Program-made: the position numbers and the translations under genes
Assembly: GCA_964016885.1 (NCBI GenBank)
Contig: OZ024748.1
Coordinates: forward strand, 36,394,001-36,458,000
DNA length: 64,000 nucleotides
DNA from: Eledone cirrhosa
Taxonomy: Eukaryota
Direction of reading: 5' to 3'
Notes under the pieces: generated by a model
Database searches by the model: none
Told to the model about the DNA's origin: nothing
What the model saw: the letters and a program-made list of their open reading frames with translations, nothing else
In this document: positions 30,301-43,500 of the stretch, one piece after another
How positions within the stretch are numbered: the first letter of the stretch is position 1
How the letters are laid out: the number at the start of each line of letters is the position of its first letter

Positions 30301-33300
30301 ACAGTCTGTCATAGTTATAATATAAGGTTAACCTACAGCACAACCACACAGTCTGTTATAGTTATAATATAAGGTTAACAACACAACCTCACAGTCTGTC
30401 ATAGTTATAATATAAGGTTAACAACACAACCTCACAGTCTGTCATAGTGATAATATAAGGTTAACAACAACACAACCACACAGTCTGTTATAGTTATAAT
30501 ATAAGGTTAACAACACAACCTCACAGTCAGTCATAGTTATAATATAAGTTTAACAACAATACAAGCTCACAGTCTGTCATAGTTATAATATAAGGTTAAC
30601 AATACAACCACACAGTCTGTCAGTTATAATATAAGGTTAACAACACAACCACACAGTCTGTCATAGTTATAATATAAGGTTAATAACAACAGAGCCACAC
30701 AGTCTGTCATAGTTATAATATAAGGTTAACAACACAACCTCACAGTCTGTCATAGTTATAATATGAGGTTAACAACAATACAAGCTCACAGTCTGTCATA
30801 GTTATAATATAAGGTTAACAACACAACCTCACAGTCTGTCATAGTTATAATATAAGGTTAACAACAACAACACAACCTCACAGTCTGTCATAGTTATAAT
30901 ATAAGGTTAACAACAACACAGCCACACAGTGTGTCATAGTTATAATATAAGGTTAACAACAAGACAGCCACACAGTCTGTCATAGTTATAATATAAGGTT
31001 AACAACACAACCTCACAGTCTGTCATAGTTATAATATCAGGTTAACAACACAACCTCACAGTCTGTCATAGTTATAATATAAGGTTAACAACAGCACAAC
31101 CACACAGTCTGTCATAGTTATAATATAAGGTTAACAACACAACCTCACAGTCTGTCATAGTTATAATATAAGGTTAACAACAAGACAGCCACACAGTCTG
31201 TCATAGTTATAATATAAGGTTAACAACAACACAGCCACACAGTGTGTCATAGTTATAATATAAGGTTAACAACACAACCTCACAGTCTGTCATAGTTATA
31301 ATATAAGGTTAACAACAACACAAGCTCACAGTCTGTTATAGTTATAATATAAGGTTAACAACACAACCTCACAGTCTGTCATAGTTATAATATAAGGTTA
31401 ACAACACAACCTCACAGTCTGTCATAGTTATAATATAAGGTTAACAACAAGACAGCCACACAGTCTGTCATAGTTATAATATAAGGTTAACAACAACACA
31501 GCCACACAGTGTGTCATAGTTATAATATAAGGTTAACAACACAACCTCACAGTCTGTCATAGTTATAATATAAGGTTAACAACAACACAAGCTCACAGTC
31601 TGTCATAGATATAATATAAGGTTAACAACACAACCACACAGGCTGTCATAGTTATAATATAAGGTTAACAACAACACAAGCTCACAGTCTGTCATAGTTA
31701 TAATATAAGGTTAACAACACAACCACACAGTCTGTCATAGTTATAAAATAAGGTTAACAACACAACCTCACAGTCTGTCATAGTTATAATATAAGGTTAA
31801 CAACACAACCTCACAGTCTGTCATAGTTATAATATAAGGTTAACAACACAACCTCACAGTCTGTCATAGTTATAATATAAGGTTAACAACACAACCTCAC
31901 AGTCTGTCATAGTTATAATATAAGGTTAACAACACAACCTCACAGTCTGTCATAGTTATAATATAAGGTTAACAACAACACAACCACACAGTCTGTTATA
32001 GTTATAATATAAGGTTAACAACACAACCTCACAATCTGTCATAGTTATAATATAAGTTTAACAACAATACAAGCTCACAGTCTGTCATAGTTATAATATA
32101 AGGTTAACAATACAACCACACAGTCTGTCAGTTATAATATAAGGTTAACAACACAACCACACAGTCTGTCATAGTTATAATATAAGGTTAACAACAACAG
32201 AGCCACACAGTCTGTCATAGTTATAATATAAGGTTAACAACACAACCTCACAGTCTGTCATAGTTATAATATAAGGTTAACAACACAACCTCACAGTCTG
32301 TCATAGTTATAATATAAGGTTTACAACAACACAAGCTCACAGTCTGTCATAGATATAATATAAGGTTAACAACACAACCACACAGTCTGTCATAGTTATA
32401 ATATAAGGTTAACAACAACACAAGCTCACAGTCTGTCATAGTTATAATATAAGGTTAACAACACAACCACACAGTCTGTCATAGTTATAATATAAGGTTA
32501 ACAACACAACCTCACAGTCTGTCATAGTTATAATATAAGGTTAACAACACAACCTCACAGTCTGTCATAGTTATAATATAAGGTTAACAACACAACCTCA
32601 CAGTCTGTCATAGTTATAATATAAGGTTAACAACACAACCTCACAGTCTGTCATAGTTATAATATAAGGTTAACAACACAACCTCACAGTCTGTCATAGT
32701 TATAATATAAGGTTAACAACACAACCTCACAGTCTGTCATAGTTATAATATAAGGTTAACAACACAACCTCACAGTCTGTCATAGTTATAATATAAGGTT
32801 AACCTACAGCACAACCACACAGTCTGTCATAGTTATAATATAAGGTTAACAACACAACCTCACAGTCTGTCATAGTTATAATATAAGGTTAACAACACAA
32901 CCTCACAGTCTGTCATAGTGATAATATAAGGTTAACAACAACACAACCACACAGTCTGTTATAGTTATAATATAAGGTTAACAACACAACCTCACAGTCA
33001 GTCATAGTTATAATATAAGTTTAACAACAATACAAGCTCACAGTCTGTCATAGTTATAATATAAGGTTAACAATACAACCACACAGTCTGTCAGTTATAA
33101 TATAAGGTTAACAACACAACCACACAGTCTGTCATAGTTATAATATAAGGTTAACAACAACAGAGCCACACAGTCTGTCATAGTTATAATATAAGGTTAA
33201 CAACACAACCTCACAGTCTGTCATAGTTATAATATGAGGTTAACAACAATACAAGCTCACAGTCTGTCATAGTTATAATATAAGGTTAACAACACAACCT

Positions 33301-36300
33301 CACAGTCTGTCATAGTTATAATATAAGGTTAACAACAACAACACAACCTCACAGTCTGTCATAGTTATAATATAAGGTTAACAACAACACAGCCACACAG
33401 TGTGTCATAGTTATAATATAAGGTTAACAACAAGACAGCCACACAGTCTGTCATAGTTATAATATAAGGTTAACAACAACACAGCCACACAGTGTGTCAT
33501 AGTTATAATATAAGGTTAACAACAACAGAGCCACACAGTCTGTCATAGTTATAATATAAGGTTAACAACACAACCTCACAGTCTGTCATAGTTATAATAT
33601 AAGGTTAACAACAACACAACCTCACAGTCTGTCATAGTTATAATTCAAGGTGAACAACACAACCTCACAGTCTGTCATAGTTATAATATAAGGTTAACAA
33701 CACAACCTCACAGTCTGTCATAGTTATAATATAAGGTTAACAGCAACAACACAACCTCACAGTCTGTCATAGTTATAATATAAGGTTAACAACAAGACAG
33801 CCACACAGTCTGTCATGGTTATAATATAAGGTTAACAACAACACAGCCACAGAGTGTGTCATAGTTATAATATAAGGTTAACAACACAACCTCACAGTCT
33901 GTCATAGTTATAATATAAGGTTAACAACAACACAAGCTCACAGTCTGTCATAGATATAATATAAGGTTAACAACACAACCACACAGGCTGTCATAGTTAT
34001 AATATAAGGTTAACAACAACACAAGCTCACAGTCTGTCATAGTTATAATATAAGGTTAACAACACAACCACACAGTCTGTCATAGTTATAAAATAAGGTT
34101 AACAACACAACCTCACAGTCTGTCATAGTTATAATATAAGGTTAACAACACAACCTCACAGTCTGTCATAGTTATAATATAAGGTTAACAACACAACCTC
34201 ACAGTCTGTCATAGTTATAATATAAGGTTAACAACACAACCTCACAGTCTGTCATAGTTATAATATAAGGTTAACAACACAACCTCACAGTCTGTCATAG
34301 TTATAATATAAGGTTAACAACAACACAACCACACAGTCTGTTATAGTTATAATATAAGGTTAACAACACAACCTCACAGTCTGTCATAGTTATAATATAA
34401 GTTTAACAACAATACAAGCTCACAGTCTGTCATAGTTATAATATAAGGTTAACAATACAACCACACAGTCTGTCAGTTATAATATAAGGTTAACAACACA
34501 ACCACACAGTCTGTCATAGTTATAATATAAGGTTAACAACAACAGAGCCACACAGTCTGTCATAGTTATAATATAAGGTTAACAACACAACCTCACAGTC
34601 TGTCATAGTTATAATATAAGGTTAACAACACAACCTCACAGTCTGTCATAGTTATAATATAAGGTTAACAACAACACAACCTCACAGTCTGTCATAGTTA
34701 TAATATAAGGTTAACAACAACAGAGCCTCACAGTCTGTCATAGTTATAATATAAGATTAACAACACAACCTCACAGACTGTCAGTTATAATATAAGGTTA
34801 ACAACACAACCTCACAGTCTGTCATAGTTATAATATAAGGTTAACAACACAACCACACAGTCTGTCATAGTTATTATATAAGGTTAACAACACAACCTCA
34901 CAGTCTTTCATAGTTATAATATAAGGGTAACAACACAACCTCACAGTCTGTCATAGTGATAATATAAGGTTAACAACAACACAACCACACAGTCTGTTAT
35001 AGTTATAATATAAGGTTAACAACACAACCTCACAGTCAGTCATAGTTATAATATAAGTTTAACAACAATACAAGCTCACAGTCTGTCATAGTTATAATAT
35101 AAGGTTAACAATACAACCACACAGTCTGTCAGTTATAATATAAGGTTAACAACAACAGAGCCACACAGTCTGTCATAGTTATAATATAAGGTTAACAACA
35201 CAACCTCACAGTCTGTCATAGTTATAATATAAGGTTAACAACACAACCTCACAGTCTGTCATAGTTATAATATAAGGTTTACAACAACACAAGCTCACAG
35301 TCTGTCATAGATATAATATAAGGTTAACAACACAACCACACAGTCTGTCATAGTTATAATATAAGGTTAACAACAACACAAGCTCACAGTCTGTCATAGT
35401 TATAATATAAGGTTAACAACACAACCACACAGTCTGTCATAGTTATAATATAAGGTTAACAACACAACCTCACAGTCTGTCATAGTTATAATATAAGGTT
35501 AACAACACAACCTCACAGTCTGTCATAGTTATAATATAAGGTTAACAACACAACCTCACAGTCTGTCATAGTTATAATATAAGGTTAACAACACAACCTC
35601 ACAGTCTGTCATAGTTATAATATAAGGTTAACAACACAACCTCACAGTCTGTCATAGTTATAATATAAGGTTAACAACACAACCTCACAGTCTGTCATAG
35701 TTATAATATAAGGTTAACAACACAACCTCACAGTCTGTCATAGTTATAATATAAGGTTAACCTACAGCACAACCACACAGTCTGTCATAGTTATAATATA
35801 AGGTTAACAACACAACCTCACAGTCTGTCATAGTTATAATATAAGGTTAACAACACAACCTCACAGTCTGTCATAGTGATAATATAAGGTTAACAACAAC
35901 ACAACCACACAGTCTGTTATAGTTATAATATAAGGTTAACAACACAACCTCACAGTCAGTCATAGTTATAATATAAGTTTAACAACAATACAAGCTCACA
36001 GTCTGTCATAGTTATAATATAAGGTTAACAATACAACCACACAGTCTGTCAGTTATAATATAAGGTTAACAACACAACCACACAGTCTGTCATAGTTATA
36101 ATATAAGGTTAACAACAACAGAGCCACACAGTCTGTCATAGTTATAATATAAGGTTAACAACACAACCTCACAGTCTGTCATAGTTATAATATGAGGTTA
36201 ACAACAATACAAGCTCACAGTCTGTCATAGTTATAATATAAGGTTAACAACACAACCTCACAGTCTGTCATAGTTATAATATAAGGTTAACAACAACAAC

Positions 36301-38150
36301 ACAACCTCACAGTCTGTCATAGTTATAATATAAGGTTAACAACAACACAGCCACACAGTGTGTCATAGTTATAATATAAGGTTAACAACAAGACAGCCAC
36401 ACAGTCTGTCATAGTTATAATATAAGGTTAACAACAACACAGCCACACAGTGTGTCATAGTTATAATATAAGGTTAACAACAACAGAGCCACACAGTCTG
36501 TCATAGTTATAATATAAGGTTAACAACACAACCTCACAGTCTGTCATAGTTATAATATAAGGTTAACAACAACACAACCTCACAGTCTGTCATAGTTATA
36601 ATTCAAGGTGAACAACACAACCTCACAGTCTGTCATAGTTATAATATAAGGTTAACAACACAACCTCACAGTCTGTCATAGTTATAATATAAGGTTAACA
36701 GCAACAACACAACCTCACAGTCTGTCATAGTTATAATATAAGGTTAACAACAAGACAGCCACACAGTCTGTCATGGTTATAATATAAGGTTAACAACAAC
36801 ACAGCCACAGAGTGTGTCATAGTTATAATATAAGGTTAACAACACAACCTCACAGTCTGTCATAGTTATAATATAAGGTTAACAACAACACAAGCTCACA
36901 GTCTGTCATAGATATAATATAAGGTTAACAACACAACCACACAGGCTGTCATAGTTATAATATAAGGTTAACAACAACACAAGCTCACAGTCTGTCATAG
37001 TTATAATATAAGGTTAACAACACAACCACACAGTCTGTCATAGTTATAAAATAAGGTTAACAACACAACCTCACAGTCTGTCATAGTTATAATATAAGGT
37101 TAACAACACAACCTCACAGTCTGTCATAGTTATAATATAAGGTTAACAACACAACCTCACAGTCTGTCATAGTTATAATATAAGGTTAACAACACAACCT
37201 CACAGTCTGTCATAGTTATAATATAAGGTTAACAACACAACCTCACAGTCTGTCATAGTTATAATATAAGGTTAACAACAACACAACCACACAGTCTGTT
37301 ATAGTTATAATATAAGGTTAACAACACAACCTCACAGTCTGTCATAGTTATAATATAAGTTTAACAACAATACAAGCTCACAGTCTGTCATAGTTATAAT
37401 ATAAGGTTAACAATACAACCACACAGTCTGTCAGTTATAATATAAGGTTAACAACACAACCACACAGTCTGTCATAGTTATAATATAAGGTTAACAACAA
37501 CAGAGCCACACAGTCTGTCATAGTTATAATATAAGGTTAACAACACAACCTCACAGTCTGTCATAGTTATAATATAAGGTTAACAACACAACCTCACAGT
37601 CTGTCATAGTTATAATATAAGGTTAACAACAACACAACCTCACAGTCTGTCATAGTTATAATATAAGGTTAACAACAACAGAGCCTCACAGTCTGTCATA
37701 GTTATAATATAAGATTAACAACACAACCTCACAGACTGTCAGTTATAATATAAGGTTAACAACACAACCTCACAGTCTGTCATAGTTATAATATAAGGTT
37801 AACAACACAACCACACAGTCTGTCATAGTTATTATATAAGGTTAACAACACAACCTCACAGTCTTTCATAGTTATAATATAAGGGTAACAACACAACCTC
37901 ACAGTCTGTCATAGTGATAATATAAGGTTAACAACAACACAACCACACAGTCTGTTATAGTTATAATATAAGGTTAACAACACAACCTCACAGTCAGTCA
38001 TAGTTATAATATAAGTTTAACAACAATACAAGCTCACAGTCTGTCATAGTTATAATATAAGGTTAACAATACAACCACACAGTCTGTCAGTTATAATATA
38101 AGGTTAACAACAACAGAGCCACACAGTCTGTCATAGTTATAATATAAGGT
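24400..38150. repeat. Nested higher-order duplications, offsets 2471, 4072 and 2958 bp; boundaries approximate
   Basis: CCTACAGCAC marker at 26260, 28731, 30332, 32803 and 35761; TCATGGTT at 33813/36771. Confidence 0.85.
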
Positions 38151-40335
38151 TAACAACACAACCTCACAGTCTGTCATAGTTATAATATGAGGTTAACAAC
38201 AATACAAGCTCACAGTCTGTCATAGTTATAATATAAGGTTAACAACACAACCTCACAGTCTGTCATAGTTATAATATAAGGTTAACAACAACAACACAAC
38301 CTCACAGTCTGTCATAGTTATAATATAAGGTTAACAACAACACAGCCACACAGTGTGTCATAGTTATAATATAAGTTTAACAACAATACAAGCTCACAGT
38401 CTGTCATAGTTATAATATAAGGTTAACAATACAACCACACAGTCTGTCAGTTATAATATAAGGTTAACAACACAACCTCACAGTCTGTCATAGTTATAAT
38501 ATAAGGTTAACAACAACAGAGCCACACAGTCTGTCATAGTTATAATATAAGGTTAACAACACAACCTCACAGTCTGTCATAGTTATAATATGAGGTTAAC
38601 AACAATACAAGCTCACAGTCTGTCATAGTTATAATATAAGGTTAACAACACAACCTCACAGTCTGTCATAGTTATAATATAAGGTTAACAACAACAACAC
38701 AACCTCACAGTCTGTCATAGTTATAATATGAGGTTAACAACAATACAAGCTCACAGTCTGTCATAGTTATAATATAAGGTTAACAACAACACAGCCACAC
38801 AGTGTGTCATAGTTATAATATAAGGTTAACAACAACAGAGCCACACAGTCTGTCATAGTTATAATATAAGGTTAACAACACAACCTCACAGTCTGTCATA
38901 GTTATAATATAAGGTTAACAACAACACAACCTCACAGTCTGTCATAGTTATAATTCAAGGTGAACAACACAACCTCACAGTCTGTCATAGTTATAATATA
39001 AGGTTAACAACACAACCTCACAGTCTGTCATAGTTATAATATAAGGTTAACAGCAACAACACAACCTCACAGTCTGTCATAGTTATAATATAAGGTTAAC
39101 AACACAACCTCACAGTCTGTCATAGTTATAATATAAGGTTAACAACACAACCTCACAGTCTGTCATAGTTATAATATAAGGTTAACAACACAACCTCACA
39201 GTCTGTCATAGTTATAATATAAGGTTAACAACACAACCTCACAGTCTGTCATAGTTATAATATAAGGTTAACAACAACACAACCACACAGTCTGTTATAG
39301 TTATAATATAAGGTTAACAACACAACCTCACAGTCTGTCATAGTTATAATATAAGTTTAACAACAATACAAGCTCACAGTCTGTCATAGTTATAATATAA
39401 GGTTAACAATACAACCACACAGTCTGTCAGTTATAATATAAGGTTAACAACACAACCACACAGTCTGTCATAGTTATAATATAAGGTTAACAACAACAGA
39501 GCCACACAGTCTGTCATAGTTATAATATAAGGTTAACAACACAACCTCACAGTCTGTCATAGTTATAATATAAGGTTAACAACACAACCTCACAGTCTGT
39601 CATAGTTATAATATAAGGTTAACAACAACACAACCTCACAGTCTGTCATAGTTATAATATAAGGTTAACAACAACAGAGCCTCACAGTCTGTCATAGTTA
39701 TAATATAAGATTAACAACACAACCTCACAGACTGTCAGTTATAATATAAGGTTAACAACACAACCTCACAGTCTGTCATAGTTATAATATAAGGTTAACA
39801 ACACAACCACACAGTCTGTCATAGTTATTATATAAGGTTAACAACACAACCTCACAGTCTTTCATAGTTATAATATAAGGGTAACAACACAACCTCACAG
39901 TTTTTCATTGTTATAATATAAGGTTAACAACACAACCTCACAGTCTTTCATAGTTATAATATAAGGTTAACAACACAACCTCACAGTCTGTCATAGTTAT
40001 TATATAAGGTTAACAACAACACAACCTCACAGTCTGTCATAGTTATAATATAAGGTTAACAACACAACCTCACAGTCTTTCATAGTTATAATATAAGGTT
40101 AACAACAGAACCTCACAGTCTGTCATAGTTATAATATGAGGTGAACAACACAACCACACAGTCTGTCATAGTTATAATATAAGGTTAACAACACAACCTC
40201 ACAGTCTTTCATAGTTATAATATAAGGTTAACAACACAACCACACAGTCTGTCATAGTTATAATATAAGGTTAACAACACAACCTCACAGTCTGTCATAG
40301 TTATAATATAAGGTTAACAACACAACCTCACAGTC

Positions 40336-40350
40336 TGTCATAGTTATAAT
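40336..40350 (+). repeat. Left target-site duplication TGTCATAGTTATAAT (15 bp)
   Basis: Identical to 40538-40552. Removing the insert plus one copy restores an intact monomer. Confidence 0.92.
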
Positions 40351-40449
40351 TGTTTCTACTTTAGGCACAAGGCCAGCAATTACCCAGTGCATTACTGGTA
40401 CTTTATTTTATCGACCCCGTAAGGATGAAAGGCAAAGTCAACCTCGGCG

Positions 40450-40461
40450 GGATTTGAACTC
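40450..40461 (-). promoter_or_regulatory. RNA polymerase III internal promoter, B box (GAGTTCAAATCC)
   Basis: Matches the B box consensus GTTCRANNCC and lies about 51 nt downstream of the A box. Confidence 0.82.
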
Positions 40462-40512
40462 AGATCTTAAAGGGACGTAACTATGCTGGAAAGCATGACG
40501 TCCGACCCTCTA

Positions 40513-40524
40513 CCGATACTGCCA
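40513..40524 (-). promoter_or_regulatory. RNA polymerase III internal promoter, A box (TGGCAGTATCGG)
   Basis: Resembles the type-2 A box consensus TRGCNNARYNGG and lies about 13 nt from the element's 5' end, as in tRNA-derived SINE heads. Confidence 0.7.
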
Positions 40525-40537
40525 ATCCACCACCCTA

Positions 40538-40552
40538 TGTCATAGTTATAAT
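40538..40552 (+). repeat. Right target-site duplication TGTCATAGTTATAAT (15 bp)
   Basis: Identical to 40336-40350. It could be read as 17 bp with one mismatch (TC vs TA upstream). Confidence 0.92.
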
Positions 40553-43500
40553 ATAAGGTTAACAACACAACCTCACAGTCTGTCATAGTTATAATATCAG
40601 GTTAACAACACAACCTCACAGTCTGTCATAGTTATAATATAAGGTTAACAACAGCACAACCACACAGTCTGTCATAGTTATAATATAAGGTTAACAACAC
40701 AACCTCACAGTCTGTCATAGTTATAATATAAGGTTAACAACACAACCTCACAGTCTGTCATAGTTATAATATAAGGTTAACAACAACACAACCACACAGT
40801 CTGTTATAGTTATAATATAAGGTTAACAACACAACCTCACAGTCTGTCATAGTTATAATATAAGTTTAACAACAATACAAGCTCACAGTCTGTCATAGTT
40901 ATAATATAAGGTTAACAATACAACCACACAGTCTGTCAGTTATAATATAAGGTTAACAACACAACCACACAGTCTGTCATAGTTATAATATAAGGTTAAC
41001 AACAACAGAGCCACACAGTCTGTCATAGTTATAATATAAGGTTAACAACACAACCTCACAGTCTGTCATAGTTATAATATAAGGTTAACAACACAACCTC
41101 ACAGTCTGTCATAGTTATAATATAAGGTTAACAACAACACAACCTCACAGTCTGTCATAGTTATAATATAAGGTTAACAACAACAGAGCCTCACAGTCTG
41201 TCATAGTTATAATATAAGATTAACAACACAACCTCACAGACTGTCAGTTATAATATAAGGTTAACAACACAACCTCACAGTCTGTCATAGTTATAATATA
41301 AGGTTAACAACACAACCACACAGTCTGTCATAGTTATTATATAAGGTTAACAACACAACCTCACAGTCTTTCATAGTTATAATATAAGGGTAACAACACA
41401 ACCTCACAGTTTTTCATTGTTATAATATAAGGTTAACAACACAACCTCACAGTCTTTCATAGTTATAATATAAGGTTAACAACACAACCTCACAGTCTGT
41501 CATAGTTATTATATAAGGTTAACAACAACACAACCTCACAGTCTGTCATAGTTATAATATAAGGTTAACAACACAACCTCACAGTCTTTCATAGTTATAA
41601 TATAAGGTTAACAACAGAACCTCACAGTCTGTCATAGTTATAATATGAGGTGAACAACACAACCACACAGTCTGTCATAGTTATAATATAAGGTTAACAA
41701 CACAACCTCACAGTCTTTCATAGTTATAATATAAGGTTAACAACACAACCACACAGTCTGTCATAGTTATAATATAAGGTTAACAACACAACCTCACAGT
41801 CTGTCATAGTTATAATATAAGGTTAACAACACAACCTCACAGTCTGTCATAGTTATAATATAAGGTTAACAACACAACCTCACAGTCTGTCATAGTTATA
41901 ATATCAGGTTAACAACACAACCTCACAGTCTGTCATAGTTATAATATAAGGTTAACAACAGCACAACCACACAGTCTGTCATAGTTATAATATAAGGTTA
42001 ACAACACAACCTCACAGTCTGTCATAGTTATAATATAAGGTTAACAACACAACCTCACAGTCTGTCATAGTTATAATATAAGGTTAACAACAACACAACC
42101 ACACAGTCTGTTATAGTTATAATATAAGGTTAACAACACAACCTCACAGTCTGTCATAGTTATAACATAAGTTTAACAACAATAGAAGCTCACAGTCTGT
42201 CATAGTTATAATATAAGGTTAACAATACAACCACACAGTCTGTCAGTTATAATATAAGGTTAACAACACAACCTCACAGTCTGTCATAGTTATAATATAA
42301 GGTTAACAACAACAGAGCCACACAGTCTGTCATAGTTATAATATAAGGTTAACAACACAACCTCACAGTCTGTCATAGTTATAATATAAGGTTAACAACA
42401 ACACAACCTCACAGTCTGTCATAGTTATAATATAAGGTTAACAACAACAACACAACCTCACAGTCTGTCATAGTTATAATATAAGGTTAACAACAAGACA
42501 GCCACACAGTCTGTCATAGTTATAATATAAGGTTAACAACTACACAGCCACACAGTGTGTCATAGTTATAATATAAGGTTAACAATAACAGAGCCACACA
42601 GTCTGTCATAGTTATAATATAAGGTTAACAACACAACCTCACAGTCTGTCATAGTTATAATATAAGGTTAACAACAACACAACCTCACAGTCTGTCATAG
42701 TTATAATATAAGGTTAACAACACAACCTCACAGTCTGTCATAGTTATAATATAAGGTTAACAGCAACAACACAACCTCACAGTCTGTCATAGTTATAATA
42801 TAAGGTTAACAACAAGACAGCCACACAGTCTGTCATAGTTATAATATAAGGTTAACAACAACACAGCCACACAGTGTGTCATAGTTATAATATAAGGTTA
42901 ACAACACAACCTCACAGTCTGTCATAGTTATAATATAAGGTTAACAACAACACAAGCTCACAGTCTGTCATAGATATAATATAAGGTTAACAACACAACC
43001 ACACAGTCTGTCATAGTTATAATATAAGGTTAACAACAACACAAGCTCACAGTCTGTCATAGTTATAATATAAGGTTAACAACACAACCACACAGTCTGT
43101 CATAGTTATAATATAAGGTTAACAACACAACCCCACAGTCTGTCATAGTTATAATATAAGGTTAACAACACAACCTCACAGTCTGTCATAGTTATAATAT
43201 AAGGTTAACAACACAACCTCACAGTCTGTCATAGTTATAATATAAGGTTAACAGCAACAACACAACCTCACAGTCTGTCATAGTTATAATATAAGGTTAA
43301 TAACAAGACAGGCACACAGTCTGTCATAGTTATAATATAAGGTTAACAACAACACAGCCACACAGTGTGTCATAGTTATAATATAAGGTTAACAACACAC
43401 CCTCACAGTCTGTCATAGTTATAATATAAGGTTAACAACAACACAACCTCACAGTCTGTCATAGTTATAATATAAGGTTAACAACACAACCTCACAATCT

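Larger units (their letters stand above)
1..40350. repeat. 43-bp tandem satellite/minisatellite array, left of the SINE insertion (runs off the window start)
   Basis: Uninterrupted head-to-tail copies of AACACAACCTCACAGTCTGTCATAGTTATAATATAAGGTTAAC. Length variants arise from 1-2 extra AAC units (46/49 bp) or loss of TA in GTCATAG (41 bp). All copies are in the same orientation. Confidence 0.99.
40351..40537 (-). mobile_element. tRNA-derived SINE, 187 bp, with a Meta/MESC-like central domain; resembles cephalopod (octopus) SINEs
   Basis: It is the only non-satellite sequence. The minus strand reads TAGGGTGGTGGAT-TGGCAGTATCGG(A box)-TAGAGGGTC...CT-GAGTTCAAATCC(B box)-CGCCG-AGGTTGACTTTGCCTTTCATCCTTACGGGGTCGATAAAATAAAGTACCAG...GGCCTTGTGCCTAAAGTAGAAACA. 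It is flanked by 15-bp direct repeats and has no terminal inverted repeats or coding capacity. The family and taxon assignment is from recall, not from a database search. Confidence 0.88.
39200..42160. repeat. 1307-bp higher-order tandem unit; the first copy carries the SINE (offset 1509 = 1307 + 187 + 15)
   Basis: TCTGTTATAG at 39291, 40800 and 42107; TTTTTCATTG at 39901/41410. Confidence 0.9.

Noticed and set aside
40440-40537. Functional tRNA gene
   Set aside because: A and B boxes are present, but there is no convincing acceptor or T stem or canonical anticodon loop. It continues into a SINE body and is flanked by a TSD.
40351-40537. Hammerhead ribozyme/retrozyme or MITE
   Set aside because: I found no CUGANGA...GAAA catalytic core on either strand and no terminal inverted repeats.
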